This document shows positions 1-11,387 of a stretch of DNA of 32,000 nucleotides, one piece after another (position 1 is the first letter of the stretch; every line of letters begins with the position of its first letter). Location: positions 660,001 to 692,000 of the forward strand of contig NZ_CP008796.1 of the NCBI RefSeq assembly GCF_000734015.1, written 5' to 3'. The notes under the pieces are model-generated. The model did no database searches. It saw only the letters and a program-made list of their open reading frames with translations, and had not been told where the DNA came from. The position numbers were made by a program, and so were the translations under genes. Source of the stretch: Thermodesulfobacterium commune DSM 2178. GTDB lineage: Bacteria > Desulfobacterota > Thermodesulfobacteria > Thermodesulfobacteriales > Thermodesulfobacteriaceae.

Positions 1-396
1 GATGTTGAAATAGGTGCTAATTCTACAGTTGATAGGGCTGTTTTTGGGTTTACTGTTATCGGAGAAGGAACTAAAATTGACAATTCTGTCCAAGTTGGGC
101 ATAACGTTAAAGTAGGAAAACAAAACATTTTAGTTTCTCATACTGCTATAGGAGGGAGTGCTGTTTTAGAAGATTTTGTGATGATCGCAGGACAGGTGGG
201 AATAGCTCCTTCAGCTAAAATTGGTAAAGGCGCAAGAGTAGCAGCTAAATCAGGGGTTGTAGGGGAAGTCCCTCCTAACACCGAGGTGGCAGGAATACCT
301 GCTATAAAGGCAAATGTATGGAAAAGAGCTATAATTATTTTTGAAAAGCTTCCTGAACTATACAAAGAGCTTAAAAAATTCCTAAAGACTTTTTAG
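1..396 (+). CDS. lpxD: UDP-3-O-acylglucosamine N-acyltransferase, C-terminal part (5' end outside window)
   Basis: Frame 1 is open from base 1. Left-handed beta-helix hexapeptide repeats ([51 protein letters not shown]) and a C-terminal helical tail ([12 protein letters not shown]...) are collinear with the LpxD C-terminus. Confidence 0.85.
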   Translation, partial: DVEIGANSTVDRAVFGFTVIGEGTKIDNSVQVGHNVKVGKQNILVSHTAIGGSAVLEDFVMIAGQVGIAPSAKIGKGARVAAKSGVVGEVPPNTEVAGIPAIKANVWKRAIIIFEKLPELYKELKKFLKTF

Positions 397-430
397 TTTC
401 TTCCACAATCCTGTGGACGTCTCCTAAACA

Positions 431-589
431 TCAGGTCTTTTTGGGATTTTTAAGATGACATTCACATTGGCCCTTTCTTTTTTTATCCATGATAAACTCT
501 AAAATTTCAGAACGTCCTTGGTTTTCTTTTACATCTCTTACGATATCCTCTTTAGTAAAACCAAAACAATAACACACCAGTTCTTCCAT
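431..589 (-). CDS. Small BFD-like [2Fe-2S]-binding-domain protein (52 aa, below ORF-track cutoff)
   Basis: Hand translation: MEELVCYCFGFTKEDIVRDVKENQGRSEILEFIMDKKRKGQCECHLKNPKKT. CxC...CxC spacing resembles the BFD-like domain. GGAG-rich RBS (aaggagag) lies upstream of the ATG at 589, 24 nt downstream of the flavin reductase stop. Confidence 0.5.
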   Translation of the reverse strand: MEELVCYCFGFTKEDIVRDVKENQGRSEILEFIMDKKRKGQCECHLKNPKKT

Positions 590-613
590 ATCTTTTATCT
601 CTCCTTTTTCTCC

Positions 614-1132
614 TTATTTCACCATATAAACCTTTTTATCGCAGAAAACAAAAAATCTTCCTGTTTTATGTAAGGGTAACTTCCAAAACTCTTTAAAACC
701 TTCTTCGTCAAAATCTTTAGCCTCCCAAAACAAAACCTCTCCTATGTAAAAAACATGATCTCCTACCTCGATGCCCTCTAACACTTTACATTCAAAAGTT
801 GCCATACTCTTCTCTAACAAAGGTAACTTAAAGTTAGGACTTGGTTTAGTTTTTATGGCAAATTTTTTAATTTTATCGATTTCTCTTCCCTTGACAGAAC
901 CTACTTTAAAAATAAGCTCATAATCTTCTGTTATATTTACCGAAAAAGCTTGATACTTATCGATAAGCTCTTTTGTATAATGTTTAGTTGCACAGGCAAA
1001 ACCTATGGTAGGAGGTTCTACAGAGATAGGAGTTATCCAGGAACAAGCCATAAGATTAGTTTTTCCTTGTTCTACATTTCCGCTTCCTACAATTACAGCC
1101 GGTCTTGGATGAAGAGCCCTGTAAAATTTCAT
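614..1132 (-). CDS. Flavin reductase-like domain protein (flavoredoxin family)
   Basis: 172 aa. N-terminus RALHPRPAVIVGSG...NLMACSWITPIS is typical of the FMN-binding split-barrel flavin reductase domain. Confidence 0.8.
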   Translation of the reverse strand: MKFYRALHPRPAVIVGSGNVEQGKTNLMACSWITPISVEPPTIGFACATKHYTKELIDKYQAFSVNITEDYELIFKVGSVKGREIDKIKKFAIKTKPSPNFKLPLLEKSMATFECKVLEGIEVGDHVFYIGEVLFWEAKDFDEEGFKEFWKLPLHKTGRFFVFCDKKVYMVK

Positions 1133-1324
1133 ATTTAGCCCCCTTTAGTTTTTTAAGCTTATATTTTAAACACTGGTTATTTTATCTTACCAAAATAAAA
1201 AAACAATAACTAACCCACCGGGTCCTCAAACCTGATTTTTTTTGCTATTTATTATTGACAAAAAAAATTTTTAAGCTACTTTTCTACTATTAATTATAAA
1301 AAAACAACATTTAGAGGTAAATCC

Positions 1325-2227
1325 ATGTTAGTAAAAGACGTGATGATCGATGACGTCTTTAAGGTTGACCCTGAAAGTAGCCTATTAGAATTGGTTTCTT
1401 GTTTTATAGATAAAGAGATCGGAAGTGTGGTTGTAGTAGATCAACAACAAGAACCCATCCAGATTATTACTCTAAGAGACCTGCCTAAAATTTTCTTATT
1501 TGCCCCAACACCTTCTAACGTAGAAGAAATTCTCCAGACTTTAGGTAAAGACAAGAAATCTCTTATAACTGTTAAAGTTGGAATGCCCCTTATAGAAGCC
1601 ATAAACCTTATGGCCAGGTTTAACATAAGCCATCTTCCGGTAGTTGATGATAATTCTAAACTGGTAGGTCTTCTAAGCTTAAAAGACATAATAAAGTCTG
1701 TACCTAGCATGATGTATATAGACCATCTTACTGGGCTAAACAACAGACTTTACCTCGATTTACTAATCCCTAAACTTAAAAGAACTAAAGGTCCTATTGG
1801 TTTTATTATGGCAGACATAGACAACTTTAAAAACATAAACGACCTCTATGGACATCTGATAGGAGATGAAGTTTTAAAGGTAGTTGCCCAAACCTTGAGA
1901 AAAAACGTAAAAATAAGTGATGAGGTTATAAGATACGGAGGAGAAGAATTTCTAATCATCCTATACAGGTGTGATTTAGATAAGGTAAAAATGGTGGGAG
2001 AAAGGTTGAGAGAACGGGTTATGAAAATAAGTTTTGAAACTAATCCTAATCTAAAGGTTACGATTAGTTTAGGGGGGTGTGAATACAGAGGAGAAAAAAA
2101 CATAATGGAATACATTTCTTTAGCTGATCAAGCGCTTTATCAGGCAAAACAGTTAGGTAAAAACCGGGTTGAAGTTTTAAGATTAGAGGAAAAACAAGAG
2201 TTTTGTGAAATAGGCCCTATTTTATAG
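1325..2227 (+). CDS. CBS-pair / GGDEF diguanylate cyclase
   Basis: The N-terminal ~125 aa has two CBS-like units (VKDVMIDDVF..., ISHLPVVDDNSKLVGLLSLKDI). The C-terminal GGDEF domain has DHLTGLNNR and an intact GGEEF motif (IRYGGEEFLII). Confidence 0.85.
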   Translation: MLVKDVMIDDVFKVDPESSLLELVSCFIDKEIGSVVVVDQQQEPIQIITLRDLPKIFLFAPTPSNVEEILQTLGKDKKSLITVKVGMPLIEAINLMARFNISHLPVVDDNSKLVGLLSLKDIIKSVPSMMYIDHLTGLNNRLYLDLLIPKLKRTKGPIGFIMADIDNFKNINDLYGHLIGDEVLKVVAQTLRKNVKISDEVIRYGGEEFLIILYRCDLDKVKMVGERLRERVMKISFETNPNLKVTISLGGCEYRGEKNIMEYISLADQALYQAKQLGKNRVEVLRLEEKQEFCEIGPIL

Positions 2228-2687
2228 TCTCTCTTTTTAGTCTAAAGAATTCTTTTAAAAGTTGGGCTGCTTGTTGTTTCAATAAACCTTCTTTCATTTT
2301 AATCCTGTGGTTTAATCTTAGATCACTGATTATTTGATAGAGGCTAACACAAGCTCCTGTTTTTTCATCTCGGGTAGCAAAGATCAATTCTTCTATTCTT
2401 GCAAGCACAAGAGCATAGGCACACATCGGACAGGGCTCAAGAGTCACATACATCTTACATCCCAAAAGTCTAAAATTACCAATCCTTTGACAGGCCTCTC
2501 TTATGGCTAAGATTTCGGCATGCGCGGTTGGGTCGTTTTGTTTTAGAATTTGGTTTCTTCCTCTACCTATGATTTCCCCCTTAGGAGAAACTATCACTGC
2601 CCCAACAGGTACTTCATCTTCTTCAAAAGCCTTTAAAGCCTCTTTAAGGGCCTCTTCCATAAAAAATAGGTCTTCTTCTTTAAACAT
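2217..2687 (-). CDS. tadA: tRNA-specific adenosine deaminase
   Basis: CDA zinc motifs HAEILAIREA and PCPMCAYAL; 156 aa. Confidence 0.9.
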   Translation of the reverse strand: MFKEEDLFFMEEALKEALKAFEEDEVPVGAVIVSPKGEIIGRGRNQILKQNDPTAHAEILAIREACQRIGNFRLLGCKMYVTLEPCPMCAYALVLARIEELIFATRDEKTGACVSLYQIISDLRLNHRIKMKEGLLKQQAAQLLKEFFRLKRETIK

Positions 2688-2694
2688 TTTTATA

Positions 2695-4338
2695 CTACCC
2701 TAAACTTCTAACAAAAAAACCACACGCTAAAAAAGCTAAAGAAACTATAAAAACTAAGGTTTCTAAGTATACTACCTGCCCAAGAGGTCTCTTTTTAACT
2801 ACTAAACCAAGAAAATAAGCTACTCCCCAAACCAAAAAGAATACTCCAAATTTGTAATGAAAAAGAGTTGTTAAGCTGGTTATCAATAGTCCTATTAAGA
2901 TAGTTAAGTTCAAAATTTTAAAGAAAATTTTAGGCTCATACGAAAAGGTAGAAAGTAAAAAATTTTTCGGCAAAAAGCCATCTGTCTGAAAGTAAACGAT
3001 CTCTAAATAAAGTTTTAGGTATAAAATCACAAGAACAGCTTGCAAAAAAATGACTCCAAAACTAAAAGTCCAAAAGGGATATAGATAAAGAGAAAGGGCT
3101 GACAAGAAAAGTATCTCCCAAAAAAAGGTTAATGCACTTCGATAGGTAAGAAAGTCAATCAACAAAAGTGCTATCACCAAACTTATTATCCTTGGTTTAT
3201 AAAGAAAAGCGGTTATTAAGGTAAAAAAACCCGTTAGCACAGCAAAAAACAAAAGTTTTTTTTGATGTTGAGAAAGAAACCTGTATTTTATCGGAAGGTA
3301 AAACTTAAAACTTTCTTTTAAAAGATTTTGGTTTAAAAGGTTTCTAAAAAGACTAAAACTTAAAAACCATAAAAGAAGATAAGAAAACTTAGAGTTTAAA
3401 GGATGGTTAATCCCTAACAACAGCCCAAGAAAAATTAAAAATAGGGTTAACGACCAGGTAGCCGAAGAAAAACACATAGCTTTTAAAAACTTATAAAAAA
3501 AAGAAGTTCTATTCTTTAAAACATCGACCACCTCGTTTATTAGCCAGTTTGGTGTTGAGGCTCCTGCAGTTATACCTACTGTTTTATGTTTCTTTAAATC
3601 TTCCCAAGAAAGTTCTTCAGGACTTTCGACAAGAAAAACATCTTTATTTTCTTTTTTAGCTACGTCTGCTAACCGGTTGGTGTTTGCACTAAACTTTCCA
3701 CCTATAACCACGATAGCTGAACATTCCTCACAAAGTTTTCTAACCTCGTTTTGTCTGACTGCTGTAGCATTACAGATGGTATTGATGATCTTTCCGTTAG
3801 GATAAAGAGACGTTATTCTTTTAGAAAGATGGTTAAACAGTTTTTCGTCTTGGGTAGTTTGAGAGAGGATGACATAATCTTTAAGAGGGGGAAGGGTTAC
3901 AACGTCTTCTTCTGAGGAAACCACATATCCTTTACCTTCACAATAACCAAGAATACCCTTAACTTCTGCATGATCTTTATCTCCTATGATCACTACCTCT
4001 TTTCCCTCTGATACAGCTTTTTTAGCCAAGGCCTGAACCTTAAGGACCCTTGGACAGGTACCATCTATAACCTTATGTTTTTCTGTCAATGCTTTATATT
4101 CCTTTGGAGGTACCCCATGGGCACGAATGATTACCACACCTGAGGGAAGGTTTTCGTTAGGGTCTTTTAACACCTGTACTCCAAAAATATCAAGAAGTTT
4201 TAAAGTCTGAGGATTATGGATTAGTGGTCCGTAAGTATAAATATATGATTTTTTCTCGTTTAAAGCCTTTAATACTAAATTTACCGCCCTTCTTACCCCC
4301 ATGCAAAACCCAGCTTTTTTAGCGATTTTTATCTTCAT
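2695..4338 (-). CDS. ispH: 4-hydroxy-3-methylbut-2-enyl diphosphate reductase (IspH) fused to a C-terminal polytopic membrane domain
   Basis: aa 1-276 are a complete IspH with three cluster Cys (GFCMGVRRAV, DGTCPRVLKV, NTICNATAVRQ) plus SQTTQ and SANTNRL. aa ~280-547 form about 9 hydrophobic segments with no recognisable catalytic motif. Single uninterrupted ORF. Confidence 0.85.
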   Translation of the reverse strand: MKIKIAKKAGFCMGVRRAVNLVLKALNEKKSYIYTYGPLIHNPQTLKLLDIFGVQVLKDPNENLPSGVVIIRAHGVPPKEYKALTEKHKVIDGTCPRVLKVQALAKKAVSEGKEVVIIGDKDHAEVKGILGYCEGKGYVVSSEEDVVTLPPLKDYVILSQTTQDEKLFNHLSKRITSLYPNGKIINTICNATAVRQNEVRKLCEECSAIVVIGGKFSANTNRLADVAKKENKDVFLVESPEELSWEDLKKHKTVGITAGASTPNWLINEVVDVLKNRTSFFYKFLKAMCFSSATWSLTLFLIFLGLLLGINHPLNSKFSYLLLWFLSFSLFRNLLNQNLLKESFKFYLPIKYRFLSQHQKKLLFFAVLTGFFTLITAFLYKPRIISLVIALLLIDFLTYRSALTFFWEILFLSALSLYLYPFWTFSFGVIFLQAVLVILYLKLYLEIVYFQTDGFLPKNFLLSTFSYEPKIFFKILNLTILIGLLITSLTTLFHYKFGVFFLVWGVAYFLGLVVKKRPLGQVVYLETLVFIVSLAFLACGFFVRSLG

Positions 4339-5084
4339 AAGATTTCTCTCCTTATCTCTGCCTTTAACCTGTCTATATCTCCTTTTTCAGCCATACTGTA
4401 GTATCCATTTTTACCTACGATAACATGATCAAGCACTTTAATCTGAAGAAGGTCTCCTGCCAAAACCAGTCTTTTAGTAAGCATTAAATCTTCTTTAGAA
4501 GGGGTAGGATCTCCAGAAGGATGGTTATGCACTAACACTATGGAAAGGGCCTTCTTCTCCAGTGCCTTTTTAAAAATTTCTCTTGGATATACCGCACTTT
4601 CATGTAGGGTTCCTTCAAAAAGGGTTTCTCCTCCTAAAAACTTAGACTTAGCATCAAGAAAAAGAACTTTTAAAACCTCTCGGTCCAAATTTTGCATTTC
4701 ATACTTGAGATATTCATATACCTCTTGTGGAGACCTTAGATATTCTGACTTTGTCGCCCTACTCTGAAGATACCTTCGAGCAACCTCATGAATAACCTTT
4801 AAAGGTAAAATAGCCCTTTCCTTAAGTCCCTTAAACTTTTTAAGTTCTTCTAAAGGAGCATCAAGTACCTGATCTAAAGTTTTATAATGTTCTAAAAGGG
4901 TTCTTGCAAGTTTTCTGGTATCTCTGTAAGGAAGGCTAAACATTAAAAGAAGCTCAAGTAAGTCTTCATCTGTAAAACTTTTTGGCCCTTCTTTAAGAAA
5001 CCGTTCTTTTACCCTAGCTCTGTGGCCTTTTGCCTTTTCATACGCCTCTATCAAAATTTTTTGAGAATATTTTTTTTCAGGCAT
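4335..5084 (-). CDS. radC: RadC-family JAMM/MPN protein
   Basis: HNHPSGDPTPSKED JAMM motif and helix-hairpin-helix-like N-terminus (DEDLLELLL). ATGA overlap with ispH. Confidence 0.85.
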   Translation of the reverse strand: MPEKKYSQKILIEAYEKAKGHRARVKERFLKEGPKSFTDEDLLELLLMFSLPYRDTRKLARTLLEHYKTLDQVLDAPLEELKKFKGLKERAILPLKVIHEVARRYLQSRATKSEYLRSPQEVYEYLKYEMQNLDREVLKVLFLDAKSKFLGGETLFEGTLHESAVYPREIFKKALEKKALSIVLVHNHPSGDPTPSKEDLMLTKRLVLAGDLLQIKVLDHVIVGKNGYYSMAEKGDIDRLKAEIRREIL

Positions 5085-5548
5085 GTTTAAAACACGATCG
5101 TTTTAAAAACTCATCTGAAATTGAGCCCTTCCGTGAACCTGAAAAATTCCATCTTTTATATGATAGGTCATACCCTTTCCCCTAATCAACATACCTTTTT
5201 GTTTTACTAAAACTTCTTTTTCCGTAAAAAGATAGTTCTTTTTAGGAAAAAATATCAACTCTTCGGTATATACTTCTCCATAGTTTTCAGTAACCAATTT
5301 TACATTGCCTTGAAAAACCATTTTATCCTCTTTGGGATAGTAATAACCTCTCTGAGAAGAGACGTTAATTCCTTTGGATGGACTGATTAAAGTTAAACCC
5401 TCTGCCCAAAAAGTACCTTCTTTATCACGTTTAAAGAAAGATGCTTTAAGCTTCCAAAGAAGTCCTTCTTTACTGTAAAAACTGTATTCCAAATCTTTGG
5501 CTACCATACGAAAATCTTTGGATAAAGAAGGAGAAACTAAAAACAAAA

Positions 5549-6893
<1,345 letters not shown>

Positions 6894-6935
6894 TTAAAAA
6901 GTATTTTATAATCAATTTGACATACTTGCAACCCT

Positions 6936-8516
6936 ATGAAAAATCTTATGGACTATACAAGGTTTGAAAAAAACTTTTTCCGTAAAAAATGGACAGGAAG
7001 AATTTCTATAGCTTTAGTATTTCCTAATCATTATCAGGTTGGGATGTCTAACTTAGGTTTTCTTTATGTCTATCAAAGACTTAACCTTTATCAAGAAATA
7101 GTATGTGAGCGGGTGTTTTTACCAGAAAAAAATGAAAAAATAAGGTCTATCGAAAGTTCTCGTCCTCTTAAAGATTTTAACCTTATACTTTTTTCCATAC
7201 CCTTTGAAGTAGACTATATAAACGTGGTAAAAATCCTACAAAAAGGAGAACTTGGGTTAAACCCTACTCAAAGGACACAACCTGTGTTAGCAGGAGGAGT
7301 GGCTACTTGGTTAAACCCAGAACCAATCTCTTCTTTTGTTGATGCTTTTTTACTTGGAGAATGGGAAGAAATAGAAAAACATGTAGTTCCTATTTTTATA
7401 GAACATTTTAACCACAAAAAAATACTTCTTGAAAAATTAAGCACTTTAAACTTTGTTTACCTTCCTCTGTCCTCTGACCAGAAGAAAATAAAAGTAGCCA
7501 AAATAAAAAAACCAGAAAAGGTGGTTTATTCAGATCTTATCAGTCAAAAAGCAACGTTTTCTGAAACCTATCTTATAGAAGTAGCCAAAGGCTGTGGGAG
7601 AGGTTGTAGATTTTGCGCCGCAGGTTTTATGTATCGTCCTCCCAGAGGTTATCCAGAAAAAGCTCTATCTGACGTACTCGAAAACATACCAGAAAACTCT
7701 AAGGTTGGTTTAGTGGGGCTTGAATTTGCTAATAAACAAGAAATCCTTGAGTTTGGAAAAAAACTTTTAGAAAAAAGTTGTACCCTTACCTTTTCTTCTC
7801 TTAGGATAGATGCCTTAAACGAAGATTTTTTAGAACTTTTAAAAGGGACAAAAAGTGTAGCCATTGCACCTGAAACAGGGTCTCAAAAACTTAAAAAGGT
7901 TATTAATAAAAACCTCACCCCAGAAGAAATCTTTGAGGTGTTAGAAAAATTTCAGCAAAGGGGTTTAAAAAACATAAAATTTTATTTTATGTTAGGATTA
8001 CCCTTTGAAACCCAAGAGGATTTAGAAGAAACGGTAAAGTTTATAAAAAAGTTACTTGCACAAAAATATAATCTTAATCTTTCTTTTACCTTTTCTTTCT
8101 TCGTTCCTAAACCTCATACCCCTTTTCAATGGGCAAAATTTTCAGATTTAAAGAATTTAAAAGAAAAAGAGAAATGGGTAAAAAAAGAATTAGGATATGT
8201 TAAAAACCTAAAGGTTGAACCTCCTGAGGAGGCACTTTTACAAACTTTGATAGCCCGAGGTAGCAAAGAATTAAAAGATTTTTTAATTAGTTTAGCTCAA
8301 GGTCAAAACCTAAAAAGGATTATAAAAAGTATGCCTAAGGTTTTAAAAAGTTTGTGCCCACAAGATTCGTTAGAGACAGAATTTCCGTGGGATAAGATTG
8401 ATTTAGGAGTAAATAAAGAGTTCCTATGGAATGAATGGCAAAAGGCAAAAAACTTAAAACTAACTGGTTTTTGCCATCCTGAGAAATGTAAACTCTGTGG
8501 AGCCTGCGAAAAATAA
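6936..8516 (+). CDS. Radical SAM protein with B12-binding-like N-terminal domain (TIGR03960-like, function unknown)
   Basis: N-terminus ISIALVFPNHYQVGMSNLGFLYVYQRLN; radical SAM cluster motif CGRGCRFCAAG; C-terminal extra Cys cluster CHPEKCKLCGAC. Confidence 0.8.
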   Translation: MKNLMDYTRFEKNFFRKKWTGRISIALVFPNHYQVGMSNLGFLYVYQRLNLYQEIVCERVFLPEKNEKIRSIESSRPLKDFNLILFSIPFEVDYINVVKILQKGELGLNPTQRTQPVLAGGVATWLNPEPISSFVDAFLLGEWEEIEKHVVPIFIEHFNHKKILLEKLSTLNFVYLPLSSDQKKIKVAKIKKPEKVVYSDLISQKATFSETYLIEVAKGCGRGCRFCAAGFMYRPPRGYPEKALSDVLENIPENSKVGLVGLEFANKQEILEFGKKLLEKSCTLTFSSLRIDALNEDFLELLKGTKSVAIAPETGSQKLKKVINKNLTPEEIFEVLEKFQQRGLKNIKFYFMLGLPFETQEDLEETVKFIKKLLAQKYNLNLSFTFSFFVPKPHTPFQWAKFSDLKNLKEKEKWVKKELGYVKNLKVEPPEEALLQTLIARGSKELKDFLISLAQGQNLKRIIKSMPKVLKSLCPQDSLETEFPWDKIDLGVNKEFLWNEWQKAKNLKLTGFCHPEKCKLCGACEK

Positions 8517-8566
8517 ACAGATTGTGTTGATATTTTAAAAATTTGTGGTAAGATTAGTTTTTAACT

Positions 8567-8884
8567 ATGAGTGTGTTAATGGGAATAAGTATCTTTCCTG
8601 TAGATAAAGGAGAAAGTTTAAGTAGTTTTGTAGCTCGAGCTGTAGAAACCATACAAAAGTCCAACTATCCTTATATAGTTACTCCTATGGAAACCGTGGT
8701 AGAAACGGAATCTATAGAAGAAGCTTTGAGGCTTGCTGAAGAGTGTTTTAAAGCTTTAGAGGTAGATTGTAACAGGATCATCGTTAACATAAAAATCGAC
8801 TACAGAAAAGGCAAATCAGGTCGTATCAAAGGTAAGGTTGAATCGGTACAAAAGAAGATCAACCAACCATTAAATACTGTCTAA
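8567..8884 (+). CDS. MTH1187/YkoF-family (DUF77) thiamine-binding-like protein
   Basis: ~100 aa with the ferredoxin-like pattern GISIFPVDKGESLSSFVA...PMETVVE typical of the family. The start could be the internal ATG at 8579. Confidence 0.7.
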   Translation: MSVLMGISIFPVDKGESLSSFVARAVETIQKSNYPYIVTPMETVVETESIEEALRLAEECFKALEVDCNRIIVNIKIDYRKGKSGRIKGKVESVQKKINQPLNTV

Positions 8885-8914
8885 GAATATCTAAAAAGGA
8901 GGTTCTTTTCTCAA

Positions 8915-10117
8915 ATGCCTAATAAAATTGTCTTAGCTTATTCTGGTGGACTTGATACTTCAGTAATTTTAAAATGGCTTATAGAAAGGTATCAATGTCC
9001 GGTGATTGCTTTTTGTGCAGACCTTGGACAAGAAGAAGACTGGGAAGAGATTAAACAAAAAGGACTTAGTTGTGGAGCTGAAAAGGTTATTATAAGGGAC
9101 CTTAAAGAGGAATTTGTAAAAGAGTATGTATTTTTTGCCATAAAGGCTGGAGCAAGATATGAAGACTGGTATCTTATGGGAACCTCTCTTGCTCGTCCAC
9201 TGATTGCTAAAGAACAGATAAAGATTGCCTTTGAAGAAGGGGCTGATGCCGTAGCCCATGGAGCAACGGGAAAAGGAAACGATCAAGTAAGGTTTGAACT
9301 TACTTTTTCCGCCTTAGCTCCTCATCTTAAAGTGATTGCACCCTGGAGAGAATGGGATTTTAAAGGAAGGCAAGACCTGATTGCTTACGCCCAAAAACAT
9401 GGTATCCCAATTCCAGTAACCCCAGAAAAACCTTATAGCATAGATGCCAACCTTTTTCATATAAGCTATGAAGGAGGTATTTTAGAAGACCTGTGGACTG
9501 AGCCACCAGAAGATATGTTTCTTATGACGGTATCTCCTGAAAAGGCACCTGATAAACCAGAATATATCGAGATAGAGTTTGAAAGAGGAGAACCGATAGC
9601 AGTTAACGGAGAAAAATTAAGCCCTGCCAACCTTCTAAAGAGACTCAATGAAATAGGAGGAAGACACGGGGTTGGCAGAATCGATATGGTAGAAAACCGG
9701 TTTGTTGGACTTAAAAGCAGAGGCATTTACGAAACCCCAGGAGGAACCATCTTACATATAGCCCATAGAGCTTTAGAACAGATTACCCTTGATAGGGAAG
9801 TAATGAGGCTTAAAGATAGTCTTATGCCTAAGATAGCAGAAATGATATATTATGGTTTTTGGTTTAGTCCTGAGTTTCAGGCGTTGAAAACCATGGTAGA
9901 ACAAACTCAAGAAAGGGTTTCCGGAACGATAAGAGTTAAACTCTATAAAGGAAATGTAATAATAGCAGGGAGAAAAAGTCCTAACAGCTTATATAAAAAG
10001 CGTTTGGTAAGTTTTGAGGAAAAGGAAGGATACAATCCTAAGGACGCAGAAGGTTTTATAAGACTTCAGGGATTGAGATTAAAAATTTACAACCTATCGA
10101 AGGAGGAGGAAGCATGA
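8915..10117 (+). CDS. argG: Argininosuccinate synthase
   Basis: [14 protein letters not shown]-loop, [15 protein letters not shown], 400 aa. Good RBS (aaaggagg). Confidence 0.95.
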   Translation: MPNKIVLAYSGGLDTSVILKWLIERYQCPVIAFCADLGQEEDWEEIKQKGLSCGAEKVIIRDLKEEFVKEYVFFAIKAGARYEDWYLMGTSLARPLIAKEQIKIAFEEGADAVAHGATGKGNDQVRFELTFSALAPHLKVIAPWREWDFKGRQDLIAYAQKHGIPIPVTPEKPYSIDANLFHISYEGGILEDLWTEPPEDMFLMTVSPEKAPDKPEYIEIEFERGEPIAVNGEKLSPANLLKRLNEIGGRHGVGRIDMVENRFVGLKSRGIYETPGGTILHIAHRALEQITLDREVMRLKDSLMPKIAEMIYYGFWFSPEFQALKTMVEQTQERVSGTIRVKLYKGNVIIAGRKSPNSLYKKRLVSFEEKEGYNPKDAEGFIRLQGLRLKIYNLSKEEEA

Positions 10118-10770
10118 AAATCTTTGTTGACACCGCTAAGATCGAAGAAATCAGAAAGGTTAAAGAATGGGGTATCCTTGATGGAGTAACTACCAACCCT
10201 ACCCTTCTTTCTCAAACAGGGAAACCTTGGAAAGAAGCTGCCCTTGAGATTTTAAATGAAGTCCCAGATTTGCCGGTTTCTTTAGAGGTTTTAGCTACAG
10301 ACTTTGAGGGTATGGTTAAAGAAGCGAAAGAACTGGCTAAGATGGGAGATAATGTAGTTATTAAAATCCCCTTTACTGTAGATGGAATAAAAGCTGTCCA
10401 AGCCTTAGCTGCAGAGCAAATTCCTACAAACGTTACCTTAGTTTTTAGTCCTATGCAAGCTCTTATTGCTGCCAAAGCAGGAGCCACTTTTGTTTCTCCT
10501 TTTGTAGGAAGAATAGATGACATCTCCTATGATGGAATATCAGTCCTAGAAGAAATTATCCAGATTTACGCAGCTTATGGGTTTGAAACTGAAGTTATCG
10601 CTGCAAGTATACGTCATGTAGACCATGTAAGAAAATGTGCCCTTTTAGGGGTAGATATTGCTACCATTCCCTTTAAAGTAATAGAACAGATGTTTAAGCA
10701 TCCTCTCACTGACATAGGCCTTGCTAAATTTTTAGAGGATGCTAAAAAAGCCAACATTTCTATCCTGTAA
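10114..10770 (+). CDS. fsa: Transaldolase / fructose-6-phosphate aldolase family (short type 3B)
   Basis: [13 protein letters not shown]...[10 protein letters not shown] and [11 protein letters not shown] (Schiff-base region); 218 aa. Tal versus Fsa activity cannot be told from sequence. Confidence 0.85.
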   Translation: MKIFVDTAKIEEIRKVKEWGILDGVTTNPTLLSQTGKPWKEAALEILNEVPDLPVSLEVLATDFEGMVKEAKELAKMGDNVVIKIPFTVDGIKAVQALAAEQIPTNVTLVFSPMQALIAAKAGATFVSPFVGRIDDISYDGISVLEEIIQIYAAYGFETEVIAASIRHVDHVRKCALLGVDIATIPFKVIEQMFKHPLTDIGLAKFLEDAKKANISIL

Positions 10771-10793
10771 AAGACTGAGTTTTAAGGGTTGCC

Positions 10794-11387
10794 TTGTTTT
10801 TATGTGAGTTAGACCTCAAATTATTTTATGTCATAAACCAATTTAGACATAGGTTATTAGACTTAACCTTACCTTATTTTAGCCATCCAGACCTTATTTA
10901 TGTCTTTTTTGTTACGTCTGGATGGCTTATCCTTAAAAAGAAAACTTTACTACAAAGTTTGATAATCTGGATTTTTTTAATCTTAGGGTATGTATGGGTA
11001 GATTTTAGTTGTGCTAAAATTCTTAAGCCTTATTTCCAAAGACCAAGACCTTTTGTATCTCAGGAAAACCTTTATTATTACTCTGATCAAAAACATCGTT
11101 ACCTCAACCAACCTTTAAAAAAAGAAACTTCCTACAGTTTTCCTTCAAATCATGCCTCAAATGTCTCTTTTGCTTCCATTTACTTAAGTCTTTTTTATCC
11201 TCCTTTTGCCTGGGGCTGGATATTGTTTATGTTGTTGGTAGGTTGGTCAAGGATATACCTTGGGCACCATTATCCCTTTGATGTGCTGTCTGGTTTTTTC
11301 TGGGGTGGTTTTTGGGGATGGACGTTTTATCTTTTGGTAAAAACCCTTCTTAAAAAATTAAGACATGAAAAAAAACTTTCTGCTTAA
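10794..11387 (+). CDS. PAP2-family lipid phosphatase (membrane)
   Basis: All three acid-phosphatase motifs are present: KPYFQRPRP, PSNHAS, SRIYLGHHYPFDV. TTG start taken from the ORF track is uncertain. Confidence 0.8.
   Translation: MFLCELDLKLFYVINQFRHRLLDLTLPYFSHPDLIYVFFVTSGWLILKKKTLLQSLIIWIFLILGYVWVDFSCAKILKPYFQRPRPFVSQENLYYYSDQKHRYLNQPLKKETSYSFPSNHASNVSFASIYLSLFYPPFAWGWILFMLLVGWSRIYLGHHYPFDVLSGFFWGGFWGWTFYLLVKTLLKKLRHEKKLSA

Noticed and set aside
1133-1324. 192-bp intergenic region upstream of the GGDEF gene: checked for an sRNA, riboswitch or tRNA (small CCCaccGGG hairpin followed by a T8 run near 1216-1243; TTGACA at about 1255)
   Set aside because: The hairpin stem is only 3 bp and no conserved riboswitch core or tRNA arms are recognisable. 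It is most simply a divergent promoter spacer. TTGACA may be the -35 box, but the -10 is unclear, so no feature was called.
8517-8566. Possible TPP riboswitch ahead of the YkoF/MTH1187-like gene
   Set aside because: Only 50 nt of spacer is available, too short for a THI-box aptamer, and no CUGAGA-type core was seen.
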